DNA of 64,000 nt from Phoronis australis (Eukaryota; Animalia; Phoronida). Every line of letters starts with the position of its first letter. Position 1 is the stretch's first letter. The DNA lies in contig NMRA01000212.1 of the NCBI GenBank assembly GCA_002633005.1, positions 423,312 to 487,311 on the forward strand. The letters run 5' to 3'. The notes beneath the pieces were generated by a model. It did not search any database, was not told the origin of the DNA, and worked only from the letters and a program-made list of their open reading frames with translations. A program made the translations under genes and the position numbers. Shown piece after piece: positions 47,817 through 60,644 of this stretch.

Positions 47817-48037
47817 AGCAAGATTGGCGTACACTTGCCGTGAGGCTTGGCATTCCAACGACGCTAGTTGATGAGTGGAGAGGAAGTAAGCTGCCCTGTC
47901 CAATGATGCAAGTGTTCTCCCACTGGAGTCGAAGTGATTCTGCTACTGTGAGAATGCTCCATCGTCATCTAGTCTCCCCTCAGATGAAGTGCTTACTGCT
48001 GGCCAAATGTATTAGCAGCTTTTATGATATTGACTAG
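47817..48037 (+). CDS. Leucine-zipper/death-domain protein, last coding exon (death domain)
   Basis: TTTTTTGCAG| phase 1. Reads KQDWRTLAVRLGIP...PMMQVFSHWSRSDSATVRMLHRHL, the death-domain pattern DWR.LA..LG / L..W / ATV..L...L. TAG stop; total CDS 936 nt (311 aa). Confidence 0.85.
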
Positions 48038-48899
48038 TCCATCCATCTTTCTGGGAGAAGTTCCAAGGATGGCTAAAGACTCTTCAGTTTGGGACAAAAT
48101 ATTGTTTCTGTCTTCGTAGCTTTACATGTATCGCAGTGCATTGAACATATGTCGCTTAGAGATGTCTGTACCATAGAAACCATGATACCGTTGAAGTGAA
48201 ATTTCATTAGAAGTTATTTTGCAGAGAAATCTGGCAATGAAAGTCCAGTTGTTTGCCAAGTTGTATCCTAAACTGCAGAATGCTTGCCATACTTTACTGC
48301 ACGCACAAGCCTCTTTGCAATGTGACATTTGTAAGTGCCCCAATATGAGATCGTACGTTCAGTGGTGTAGCCATTGGGTGATTCACCCCATGTAGCATAC
48401 CAGCAGAGGAGTGACACCAATGGGAGAGGGCAGCACAAATGACTAGGAGCGGGGGGCATCACAAACAAAAGGGTAATGGTTGGGGGATGAGGCTAGCACT
48501 GCTTTGTTCCTCTCAGGGGGGTGATAATCATAGCTATGCCATTAATGAGATTGATGTCAAATGTCTGAAGCTGCTATTTAAATAATGAAGTCATTTTTAA
48601 AGTGTTATTTTTTGTTAAAAACAATGAGAGACCAAGTATGTAAAAAGTTGTTAATTTGCCAATATTGAATTCGTTGATTTGAAAAAACATGTTTTTATAC
48701 TGGTCAACATTAGTGATAAAAATGGGGAGAAAACTTGTAGTCAGCCTCCGGAAATCTCAGGGTTGCTAGATATACCACTGGAGGGCATGGGTCACTCACA
48801 GGAGTTGGAATTCCAGTTAGTAATACTCAAATTCTGTGGTTTAAGTAAGCATGTTAGTGTAATTTTAATACATTTAAATTTTAATTTATGTTTCAATTA

Positions 48900-49270
48900 G
48901 GGCCCGGGTTCTAATCTTTTTACTCGAAATGGAACTTCAAATTATGTTTGGCATTTTCTACCTCTACTTTTGTGCGAACTCAAGAAAAGTGTGTATCATT
49001 CTATGCTGGAGTACATAATGACTTAGGTGGATAATTTTTTAGTCCTAGTTTGCTGTTGATAAACCCAACATTAAGGCAAAAAGTTTGAGTTTTTGCTCTA
49101 ATTTGTAGCACGAATATAAGGGTCATCAAGTAGAAACTCATATGCGTAAACTATAATGTATTGGACCACAGTCTAATAACCACTTATCTTGAGTTTGCAC
49201 AAAAGTAGCAGAGAAATTGCCAAACATAATTTCAAGTTCGTTTCGAGCACAATGATTAGATTCCGGGCCC
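48900..49270. mobile_element. PIF/Harbinger-like MITE (copy 2)
   Basis: GGGCCCGG...CCGGGCCC TIRs flanked by TTA/TGA. Colinear with 9404-9806. Confidence 0.85.
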
Positions 49271-50548
49271 TGATCTGACAATTATGCTCAACTCTAGCTG
49301 CATTCATGTTGTTACTACTGTCATATGTTGTTGGTGTAATAAACGATTCACACTGTGATAAATAAACACTACTTTCAAAAAAAACATTATTGGTGTCGCA
49401 TTGATCGACCATATCCACAATTAAAAGAATTTTCTGGTGACAACACTTTTCTTCTAACAGCTGATTGGCTAATCTAGTTTTGACCTCTGTAACTTTAAGA
49501 AGGGTTTGGAATGTGTAATTGGTTGTTATGATCTCCATAAGTTAGTCTGTGGAAAGACGCATCATTTTGAAAAATCTTTCAAGTGAAATTACTAATTTGT
49601 AAAAGCAAGTGACTAGTTCCATCAGATTCTCACTGGTTGCAATAGTTGGAGCGTGATGCCTCGTGGACAGCCACTTGCACCTCCCGAAGGATTCTTGTGA
49701 ACTTAAGAGCCTGTGGTGCGTTCCTGCTGGTGTCACAGTAGGGTATTTTCAACATTGCAGTGATTCATTGTACCTCCAGATGACGAAAATCTTTTAGTGG
49801 GCGTTGGACAAACCTTCATTGCCTCGCCCACTTCACATGTGATGAGAAGGGAGCATGGACGCCATCCAGATTTTGCATATTCTGTTTTCGTTAGTTTGTC
49901 CAACTGTGCTTTGCAAATAACTTTGAGCCCCACTGCTCATTCCATTATTCTCTGAAGTTGACTTGGTTGAGGCGATTGACTTCTTGAAATTTTATGAAAA
50001 TGGTAACACCTGTAACTGTCTTTGTCTTCTTTTAAGAATAAGTGAGTGTGTGAGCTTTTGAGTTCGTACACTCACATATTTCAACTACTCGGGGAAAGCA
50101 AACAGTTTTCTATTTTTATCACAAGCAAAACTAAAATAACTATCTCAAACCCTATGCACGCAATTTTTGTTTATTTTTTGAGTGTCATAATAGTATAGCA
50201 CAAATTGTTATCATCAGTTGTTCACTACGCGAGTCACTAGTGAGGTGTATTAATCGTCGGTTATATATACATATGAGCCTTGCCGTGAGTTAGCATGTTT
50301 CAAGGTTGGACAATTTCCGTCTGGGGTAGAGGTACTGCGATTAATTCGCCTGCTTTTCAAATTATTCAGAGGAGGTAAACGGACTATATTTTGTACAATT
50401 CCACATTTTTCTATGCTGTGTCCTAAAACGGAGAAATTTGTATCATATACTAGATTAATCTTCTGCCATATTGTGTCACAAAACTGAGGGATTTTTGACG
50501 TGATACTGATTGTTGATGTCATCTCATTGTGAGCTGGAACCGAAACAA

Positions 50549-50876
50549 ATGAACATGTTATGTAGTTTTAGGGCAAATGTTTTTCTGTCATTCGCGATCT
50601 GTGCAATTTGTTTGCCAAAGAATTTGAAGAACAGGATTATTACTCCCAAAGCCACCGGCACACCGTTCCTTACGGCGGATATAGTGAGGCAGCTGTATGA
50701 TCGTTTACGGACAACCAACAACAGTTACACGGTCAAAGTTGACAAGCGATTCGATATGCAGTGCAGAAATCAATTGGTAAATGATATTCTTGAAAGATAC
50801 CCTGAGGCCACTACGATTTGGATAAAAAATGGAAAACCTCTGGAGCTCGTTAAATCTAGGATGGAGTATAAAGCCG
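50549..50876 (+). CDS. Two-Ig-domain type I membrane protein, exon 1 (signal peptide and first half of Ig1)
   Basis: Signal-like MNMLCSFRANVFLSFAICAICLP, then FDMQC and IWIKNGKPL (Ig B and C strands). G|GTGAGT donor, phase 1. Confidence 0.75.
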
Positions 50877-51081
50877 GTGAGTGTCATTTGTTGATCCCCC
50901 TTACGAAACATTCTCGATGGACCCTGCCGGGCAACTGTAACTTTTCGTTTTCTTTTTGTTTTGAAATAAACCAATGAATTGACATTAGACCAGGGCCAAA
51001 GATTTCAATATGTTTAAGTAATCTTTCAGAAACGCGCGCTGTTGAGAAAATGTTCTTATTGGGTCTTTTCATACAGGTACA

Positions 51082-51315
51082 CATGTTCGCACCCAGGGGT
51101 TTTCCCGAGGCTCGAACGAGCCCCCACATTTGGTGAAGTGGACAAAAAGGTCCGCCTCGGAGAAACAAAAAGTCCGAAAAGGAAAAAAACGAGACAAAAG
51201 TCCACTAAAAAGGCAGGAACTACCAAAATTCGGTTACTGCACAATTCATATCTCTGAACGCACCTCACATTCTCAAAAATTCGAGCCCCCCATTTACAGG
51301 CTGGGTGCGCGCATG
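51082..51315. mobile_element. hAT-like MITE with 5-bp TSD
   Basis: TIRs CATGTTCGCACCCA and TGGGTGCGCGCATG. GTACA is duplicated at 51077-51081 and 51316-51320. Confidence 0.75.
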
Positions 51316-51569
51316 GTACATGGACGCCATTTGGTATTATAGTGCCATTCTGGTGAAATGTATTCGTAAATTCAAGTTGTACGTTTTGCACCATTTGCAG
51401 GCATATTGGTAGTCTGGTAGGTTTGGATGTGCGTAACACTTCTTGGCACCTAATTTTTAGGATCGGTAGCGGTTCTATACACTTTTTAGGTCTGCACCTT
51501 AGTGCTCCAGAGAGCAAACTCGCCCTGGTCTTGTTTTCTGTCACATGAGGTCCACAAGTGTACTCATGG

Positions 51570-52060
51570 AACAAGGTTATGTAGAACCTTATAGACCAAT
51601 ATTTCCATTTAGTCAAATATATACAAAACTAGTTTCTTTTGTGTATTTTTGAACATACAAATTCTGGACAATTTAATTTTTTTACTTTTTATCAATCTAT
51701 CATCAATTGGGTCACGTGACAGTGTCTTTTAATAGAATTTAGCAAAAAAACAAAGGTACATTGATAGAAAAACAACAGTATAAATGAAATGATCAAATCT
51801 TGTTTGTTATGAATGTTCAAGATCAGATATCAAAAACACTCTGCTACATACTAACATCATGTATGTCCTATCTTTTGAAAGTTCATCGTCAGAGCAAAAA
51901 TGGACCATTTTTAATTTCTAGGGAAGTTTTAGATAATAGTGCATAATTCACAGTATTTGAAAATTCCCTATGAATACGATCAGCCATGTCTGATATGGGA
52001 TGTTCCGAAGTTATCCAAATTTAGACATTTTTAGAGGTTCTAATTCCGGTAAACCCCGAC
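51570..52060. mobile_element. Old dispersed DNA-element fragment (family shared with ~62330-62745)
   Basis: Colinear shared blocks AAGGTTATGTA, ATTGGGTCACGTGAC, CATTTC(T/A)..AA and GATGTTCCGAA. Confidence 0.5.
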
Positions 52061-52633
52061 ACGCTACCATGCACTGGAATGAAGCAAACTTCTGGATAAT
52101 AAGAATAAATTATGAAAATTTCTCCGCGCGGAACGCTCCTTTTCTCCGGGCCCGTGCTCTCCCCGTTTCCTGTCACAGTACATATACTGCTGCACCACTA
52201 GTTCTGGGTAATTTCTGTAGACGTAAGAATCTAGTGCGACCATAGACTATAGATACTAATATCTATGGTGCGACTGAGTACGTTGCCGGTACTTCGCTTG
52301 CATCAGATGAGGAGATGTCGTGAAGTCTCTCGCAAGAAACTAAGGATTGGGCATGTGCTGGCTTACAGCATTTTTGTGGAGCTTTTTCAGTATTGCCAGC
52401 CAGTTTTACCAAATATTACAATTTTTACATGTTGTCTATGTTATTTCCATCTCTTTTCTCTGTACTTGTGTATTCTGCCTTACCCTATTTTGACATCCCC
52501 AGCCTGCTTTTCATCTGCCTCACCAGAGCTTGTGACGCACATAATTTTTATCGGTCGGGTACATATGTCGATCATAAACTGTAGGTCTACGGAACGCACG
52601 CCTGAATGCCAATTTATATCTTCGACGTTTTAG

Positions 52634-53223
52634 GGACATTGGTGATATTTAAAGTGCAGGAAGAAGATACGGGAGTGTACGTTTGTCAGATACAATACAA
52701 CGAAGAAAAACACATGACCGAAACAGTCGAGTTGTACGCATTGACGGTCGACTCTCCAAAAATTCATATCCAGACAAGTGCAGGTTTTGAAGAGGTACTG
52801 ACCTGCCACAGTAAATATATCGGTCTGTTATTCAACGAAGCTCACCAAAAGTGGTACTGTAACGGAGCCCTAATGAGAGACTATAGGAAGGTAGCCAATA
52901 GAGATTCGTTTGTATTCGTCGACGAGTCAATGTCCGGAATCTGGACGTGCGAGGTGACAGTAAATGACACACTAAAGTGGGTGACGAACAGATTGCGTAC
53001 ACGTGTCACTCGTGGACTGGATATTTGGCGTCGTTTGGAGGAATACAAGTCTGCATTGATTATCATGTGTTTACTTATTAACACGCTAGTAATAGTGTGC
53101 TTAGTATCGCTCTGGTTAAAACGGAAAAGAGAAATTCAGGGAAAGGCATCGTACCAAGTGCTGCCACTGGACGAGCGATTTTTGAAGGAGGTACGCCTTG
53201 CTCAAGCTCGTGCTAAACAGTAA
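52634..53223 (+). CDS. Two-Ig-domain type I membrane protein, exon 2 (end of Ig1, Ig2, TM, short tail)
   Basis: TTTTAG|GG phase 1 joins exon 1 as KAG-TLVIFKVQEEDTGVYVC. Ig2 reads LTC..KWYCNG..DESMSGIWTC. TM ALIIMCLLINTLVIVCLVSLWL is followed by KRKR. AATAAA at ~53283; total 305 aa. Confidence 0.85.
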
Positions 53224-55019
53224 ATGCACATGAAATAGACACTCCTGTACTAGACCCTACTCGAGACTTCTTTTCTCGTAGTAATAAATTTCACAAGGAC
53301 CCGGCCGATAGGCCTAAGATGGGCCTTCTTTTATGTAGTTGCTCAGCCGGATTTCCCCGTCACTACAATATATTTCCCGCGCCCGAGTTGCCAAATGGGA
53401 TGATGTCAGTCAAAAAGGATTCTTCTTATAATTGAAAGGTGCATTTTGCTCTGGCTCGATAGAAAATGGAATTAGGGCTTTTGCTCGGTTTCATCTAGTT
53501 CTGCAGTGTGTGATTTCACCAGGGTGCAGCTCCGATGCGAATAAACGCGCTGTTAAGATATCGAGACACAGACCGTTGTGGATAACGTGATGTAGTTATA
53601 TAAGACTTAACTAGTAATTATTAGATGCTAAAATCTAATTTGTCTACCAAATCCTACATAACCCTAGGTCTGTATAGGCTGAGGAACTGAGAAGTTCGTA
53701 ATTTGAACTTTCATAAGTTTGTCTGCGTGACACTGACTTGTGACAAAGCTTCGTATCGTATCTCCCATTTGCAACAATGAGTGGAAAGAATTCTTAATTT
53801 TTATAAAAATTGTATTTGAAAATTCGAATATTGTTACTAATTCAAATATTTTACGAAAGCAGAATAAAGAAGACAAATTCTTATTGATTCACGAAGAAAA
53901 AATGAATAGTTCTCGTTGCTTGAGCTCAGTGTTATCCAAAATAGCTCCTGCAGTTATAATTCGAAAGGCCTTGAAAATTCTTTTGACAAACAAAACTAAA
54001 ACAAATTGTGCAGTGCACTAATCAACAGCGTACAAAGGTTGTTGATCTATTTCTTTACAAGTCCCACGGTGCTTCTGACACATGGACACTGAATACAGGC
54101 GAGATTTGACAGAAACAACGTACCTGATTGACAGGTATTTTAAGGGAGTCAAGTCATAGAGATCGACTAGCCACTACCGAGTTGGTTACTAGAACGCCGG
54201 GCTGCGAGTTTCCGAGAAAATCTCAATTCACAGCTCCGCGTCCGCACCACACCTTAGTTGGTGTTCAGCACTCCTTTCCATGCTCTCAAGAAATGTTGCC
54301 TTGGCCCCACTCTAGCACATTCCTTTGTTACTCTATGCCTTACAGTCGAAGAGTTTCATATCCATATTCCCCATAGGACTATTTGAATTTCGTCACATTA
54401 TAGGCAATTCTCGCACCATGCGAGTAAGAACCTTTTCGACGAGTAAAAGCGATGCGTGGAATAAACTGTCTCCATCATTGGAAAGCCGGCAACGAGTAAA
54501 CCTGTTTGCCTAAATCACCGTACTTTGCCTAACCCCAGGTGTGCCCGCACTCCGATCAAACGTTGGCACCGCCGCCCAAATGCCAGCACAGTAGAATGAA
54601 CAACCACAAATAAGAACAGTCGTGATTTATTCAGAACTCCACCACACTCCAAAATGGTAAAAAATCATTCCAAAAATTTACAAACACACGAAATTCTCAA
54701 CAACAAAAGACTCAGTTTTCTTAAAACTAGCACAAAGTAACTGCTGGGATAACTGACTAGCTAAAATGTCATCAAGTGTTAATTGATGGCTATGGCACAC
54801 AACAAATCTAATTTTGATTTCTTTTTGTCTTACCGTATACACGAGTACTCGGACCCATCTCAGATAAGGCGTGTTTGTTTTCAACTTCTTTTTGGTCATC
54901 TCTTACCCATGAAATACTGCAACAAAGTCCCCTCTGTCACGAGAACCAACTAAATTCAAATCACGTACACGTATGAATATTTGGTCTCAAGTAGTTCCTT
55001 GTAAAAAATCGATATGATT

Positions 55020-55154
55020 CCAGGGTAGAGTTCAGTAATGCTGGGACCTGAGTTAAGACCTAGCAAAAATCTAGCTAAAACCACGCGTTATCATTTAAAA
55101 TCTCGTTTAATCGTTCTTTTTAGTGAGTCCTAGCGTTACTGAACTCCACCCTGG
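55020..55154. mobile_element. Short palindromic MITE nested in an older repeat
   Basis: CCAGGGTAGAGTTCAGTAATGCTGGGAC...GTCCTAGCGTTACTGAACTCCACCCTGG terminal inverted repeats. Confidence 0.75.
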
Positions 55155-57087
55155 ACTTGATATTCGAACTGGAAGTCACAGTAGTTCGGTAATGCTCGAG
55201 ACCAGCCTGAAGAAGTTGACTTGTCATGACGCATGAGTAATTTTATTTGCCGACCATAGTTTTGAGGAACAACAACGTGTCAGTCTTCAAATTCTTTCTT
55301 GATCAAATCAGGATAGAGTTCAGTATCTGTCTCGCGGCTACAAAAACCTTGCCAAAATCACGTGCTCTTATTTAAAATACACGGCAATATCTCATGTAAC
55401 CTCGCTTTTTAGCGAGAACCTAGCGTTTATATCTAAACTTGGAAAGAGCTGAACAGTTCGTTTTTGCTAGAGACCATGATCTAAAACTAAACTAGTCACG
55501 GCGTGGCATTTTATTCGATGAACAAGTAGTCTTGCGCAATAACGAGAGTCAACTCTTTGCAAGACACACAAATCTCTTCTCCAGCATGCTGAAGGGACAA
55601 CCAGGACCAATTCTGAAGCGAAAAGTCGTCTCAATCAAAAGTTAGTTTCTTTGACAAGAACGCGGGTTTAGTCACATCTTTCAAAAATCGTTTTGGTTCA
55701 AGTTTTTGGGGTGTAATATTGGCTTTTCTAAACCTTTCTAAAAGTACTTGATAAAACTATGTGCCAAATAAAGATTCATCACTAACTTTCAGGTGTAGTC
55801 CTGCTCAGTGGATTTTGAGCTTCTTATTATTAAAATGATTATTGTTAATTGTATTAAAATCAAATACACCTCAATGTTTTAACAAACTATAGGCCAAACT
55901 TCACTCAAATAATAATTCAAAAATTTGCTTCTTCGTTTTTGTTATTAAGCTTTCACATGCACCTAATTCCATACACAGGTGCAGCTTCGAATGTAGGCAC
56001 ACAGGTTTAAATAGGCGCATATAGTATTCCTTTGGCAAAATATCATATCAGCAACTACCCTATTGTATTCTAAATAGAAGAAACAAATGAATTATTGCAC
56101 AGAAGGCATTTAAAATGAGCGGCAGGTCCATGGCTGTTAGGTGGGATTGGATATACCATGGGACCTACAGGTTAAAGGGAATACATTTAACTTGGGAATC
56201 TGAAACATTACAGGGAATTTTCACAGTCCTCCGACTTTATAGAGTTTAAGTAAAATTACGTTCACACGTTCCCCGTACTGGAAAGAAACGAGTCAACTTG
56301 GGAGAAATGCAGAACAGAGTGGGAAAGAGAACATCTGATGCCCTCTGGTGGTGTAAGACGTTAGTGCTTGTTGGTGACACAGTCCACAGCAAAACACCGT
56401 TGGTTTCTGTATCCATAAGTTCTTGAGAGGTAGGTGAGATCAATTGAAACCAGGCGAATGAAAAGTGAGCATTTTGTGAATAAGCTTGGGACATAGCCAT
56501 GGATACTGGCTAAATGGCCACTAGTGAAGTGATTGTTCAGCAAAGCTAGAACGTTGAGTACTGGAAGATAATCTGCAATTTCTTTTTAATAAGTGGCTGG
56601 AGATGTATCAAGTATCTTATAATAGAGACAGACCCCTGAAAACTCCAGTCGACATGCATACGCACACATAAACTACATAATTTCGGATTACAATGAGGCA
56701 ATTCCTGGAAATCCCCTGCTGTGGATTCCTTGTCGAACATGACACGGGCTGTAGGGGATGGAAAACTTAATTGCTGCCGAAGCAATTAGGGCTGTCCTGG
56801 TGGAAACTATTTACACCTCGATGATTTGGTTAGCCACAAAATGCTTCTTCCCTGCTCATTGACAGTCATAAAAACAGGGATCCCACAACATCTAACTCTT
56901 GCACTAGACTTACGGTCAACTACAGAACCTTCATTCACACGCAACTGTCATCCAAACACTAAACTTGGGATAAGTTCTGTCTTTAAGCACCAATTGTGGA
57001 TAGTCTCTTGGAAATGATTGTCCTTTTGATAATCGGAATAAATTACTGGATCAAACACAAAACAAAACTTAACAAATAAAATAACAA

Positions 57088-57414
57088 CTATGATTGCACA
57101 TCAGCTTCTGGATAGGTAGGCATTTTGACTATTCTTAACTTGTCCACAGTCTTGTAAGAGGGGTACAGACCAGAGCGGCCACCCTGGGCTAAGTTCATTC
57201 CTTTTGAATAGCCGTCCCAGTGATTGCCAGCAATTCCAACGTCATCTCCAGGATTTAAGGCAATTTCGTTAGAACTGCGTGGCTTGTGTTTATAGATGGC
57301 CGTTTCATGATGACCATTCTGGCCTCCAAAGTAATAGATGTCATCCAACGAATGAAAAAAGGCAGATGCGTCCGCATGAAGTGTTTGCATCATTTCATAG
57401 GCCAGGCGACACAC
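57088..57414 (-). CDS. FUT8: Alpha-1,6-fucosyltransferase, last exon (SH3 domain)
   Basis: Reads [33 protein letters not shown]...[13 protein letters not shown]...GLYPSYK...MPTYPEA. TAG| acceptor, phase 0. Confidence 0.97.
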   Translation of the reverse strand: MCRLAYEMMQTLHADASAFFHSLDDIYYFGGQNGHHETAIYKHKPRSSNEIALNPGDDVGIAGNHWDGYSKGMNLAQGGRSGLYPSYKTVDKLRIVKMPTYPEADVQS

Positions 57415-58254
57415 CTAGAAATGTTAAGGAAAGATAAATCCAGATCTGTTCAGTAATTAAAATTATTGACATGATTTATTTGCAAAAACAACCAGTCGGA
57501 AAATCTTAACTTTCATAAATGTTCTTTAAATTTGCAAAAAAAATATAGTGGACATCAGAAATTTCTCAACAAAAACAAACTGAGCATTTTTGCTGCACTC
57601 TCAAAGCTATCATAAACAAAGCATATGTAAAACTTTGTGGATTTTAAGAATATAAATGACATTTGAAAATGGAAATTGAAAAAATGCTTGGATATAAATT
57701 TCATTGTGAAAGTAAAGACAGATTACTATTATAATGCCACCTATTGGCATGAGTTGCAAAGATACAACATTAAAATGGCATGTCTAATTTTTTTGAAACT
57801 GAAACGCTCCACAAATCAATAGCATCACAAAGGTTACATTACTGCTGCTTAACTGTATAACAATCTAGAAAGTAACTTTCGATTTAGACTTTGCTTCTAT
57901 AGTGTTGTGTAAGCCAATTTTTGGTCTTGCAAAGAATTGACAGTTCGTAATTGCGCAAGACCAAGCTCGGCAAATAAAGTGACACACAACAACAAGTTGG
58001 CATGTATAGTCTGGTCTCAAGCAATAATGAACTGCCAGGTCTTTCCAAGTCCAGAAATCACGGCTACAGCTAATAAGTGCACGGGCATTTATTAGGGCGA
58101 ATACGGTATTTTGACTATGGAATAATTTGAAACAAATTTCACAACGGCAAGAGGTGAAAAATCAAGATATTTTAGAGGCAGAAGGTGGGCGAATAGCCAT
58201 TAAATTTTCACCCAATAGAATGGAGTAAAACTACGAACAAATAAATTTTCATAC

Positions 58255-58405
58255 CTGTGACGAGAATGTACAGACTAAGTAATTACTCCTCGACAAGAAA
58301 TGTATATCCAATATTACACCAATCAGAGAAGAGTCGGAGTATCTTGTTCCCAGCCCGGCCGACTGACTGATTTGAGGATCAGATACAAACTCATAATTTG
58401 GATAC
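58255..58405 (-). CDS. FUT8: Alpha-1,6-fucosyltransferase exon
   Basis: Reads YPNYEFVSD...[22 protein letters not shown]. Phase 2 to phase 0. Confidence 0.95.
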
Positions 58406-58409
58406 CTGA

Positions 58410-58583
58410 AAATAACAACAATTGCAGACAAATAACAGTAGAAGACAAATAACAACAGTAGCAGTCAAATAACAACTGTTAGCAGATAAATAATAGAAGC
58501 AGACAAATAACAAAACAAGCAGACAAATAACAACAGTAGCAGACAAATAACAACTACAGTACCAGACAAATAACAACAGTAGC
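58410..58583. repeat. ~20-bp minisatellite (CAGACAAATAACAACAGTAG), ~8 degenerate copies
   Basis: Directly visible, abutting the FUT8 splice acceptor. Confidence 0.9.
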
Positions 58584-59985
58584 CATCAAGATGCAGTAAT
58601 AGTAAAGGGAAACACAATCAAATGAACTATGCAGAATGGATGTTCAATTTAACACGAAAAACTCAATCAGGGGACAACAATAAAATTATGTGTGACCCTA
58701 AAAAAATGTCCAAATATGGTTAATTTAGGAACATCCTATCTCAGAAAAGGCTGAAACTTTTTGATGCAACGATTTATGCACCGTTCTGCAAGATACTGCT
58801 GAGATTGATCACCTCTTGTACAAGAGTCTATAAAAATAGGAATTTCATGATTTTCATGAAAAAAGTTGACATATGAAATGAAACCGAAATGATAACTTAT
58901 AACAATGTAACAGCATTCTTGAGATTTCAACTTGAACATTATTTAAATTTTGGTCACATTATTGATACTCTCGTTTTGCCATGATTGTATCTATCTTTTT
59001 TCTTATATTTTACTAAAAACACGATCACTTGACTCAATCAACTGAAGATTGGCAAAAAGTCAAAAATCATTGTCTACAAACATTTTACTTTTAATAAAAA
59101 ATATCAACTTTTTTGAGTTAAATTTTAATGAGTGGCTTAATTACAACTTGCTGGAAATCCCTCCCCACTTCAATTGGATGTTTGGACTTGGTCAGATCAG
59201 CAACAAAAATGCAACCAATAAGATGCATCCTGAGAGTAATTGTCGAACATAATTTGCACTTTGGTCTTCCCCTTTCCTGCCTGGTCAACTGAAGTTAGTT
59301 TGCGAATGACTAACCAACAAAAAAAGCACTAACATGGTTTGCATTTCGGGATATCATCTGCTTTGAAAATCATGTCAAGTTGTGGCGAGCAGAATTTCGG
59401 AGATGAATATTATAAGGAATTACTGTTACTAGAAAACGATTTGTCACACCGACTTCTGCACCGAGAACCTGAGTACTTAAAACAATGGTGTGAATCAGAA
59501 ATCACAGCAACATATCGAGATTTGCCCATACAGTGGTAGGGAGAAATCAACTATACCTACTGGCCACAGTAAAGTAACTACATCAATGCGAAGAGCGGAG
59601 TTTTTAAAGTAGGATTTTAGATGCAAAATATTTGAAACTGAAATGGTTTTTGGGTCAACCACACTCATTGAAATTTAAACTTTCTGAAAATACTGGATGT
59701 TGCACAAGTTTTCGCCTATAACATACAGATTTGCACATTTAAAATAGGTTAACGATCCTTCCAACGATCCACACTCTAGAGAGAGCAATGAATGTCTAAC
59801 AAAAATATAAAACAAATAGTTAGTCTTTAAAATTTTGCGCAAGCTTACTTTGGATTCAGACAATTTTCATTGAAGTATCATTGCCCTAAAGCACATCAAT
59901 CAATTGAAAAATTAATGCCGATTCCTGCAATGGTCACTATAACAACTAGAGAGAGAGAGCATAAAAAGTTGAATAGGATTTGTAC

Positions 59986-60162
59986 CCTTTGCGTGCATCC
60001 TTTAATACTGAAGGGTCATCTGAAGCCAGGAACACTCTGCGCTTGTCTACAGTCTGACTTCTCTCCAAAACATCGTAGTATTCTTCCACATAAGTCATGT
60101 ACTCATCAATGCCGTGGAAGGCCGCCTCTGTACCTACTTTATCAGTTCGTCGCACATGAACC
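59986..60162 (-). CDS. FUT8: Alpha-1,6-fucosyltransferase exon (GDP-fucose binding motif I)
   Basis: Reads [16 protein letters not shown]...[10 protein letters not shown]. Phase 2 at both ends. Confidence 0.96.
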
Positions 60163-60644
60163 CTGAAAGGCAGTGTAGTCATGTAACAAATGCACACAAA
60201 ATTTTACAATAAAAATTCTTCAATATGGGATGAAATATATCGCTAAAATTGTGATTTTGTTATTCTTCAGTGTACCACTGCATTGCTGAAACTGTTGAAA
60301 TTTTTATAACAATGAAGTAAAATTGTCTTACAAGTGCTTTTGCTGAGAAATACTAACAAAATAAAATTTCACTTGTCTGCCATATTTTGGACAAAAACTG
60401 AAGTATTTTTACAGAATTCTTTGGCATATTTCAATGGATAGTTTAACAGGAAATTCTCTCCACACAAATAACACAAGACTGAAGTTCCACTACGCTAAAG
60501 GGTAACTAAAACCAACCTATCATCAGTCAAAGGGTAAAATCTCACAAAATTTCTGACACATAGCACCTCTACAATTTTGCTCGTAATCAGAGCTGACAAC
60601 AATCAACTAAACGGCTCGACTGTAAAACGCCTTAATCAACATAC

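Noticed and set aside
51056-51616. 186-aa minus-strand ORF
   Set aside because: It overlaps a MITE and intronic repeats, with no domain-like features.
52265-52633. 122-aa ORF and ATG at 52606 as the start of the Ig protein
   Set aside because: An in-frame TGA immediately precedes 52606, and Ig1 is only complete when exon 50549-50876 is spliced to 52634. The region is best explained as intron.
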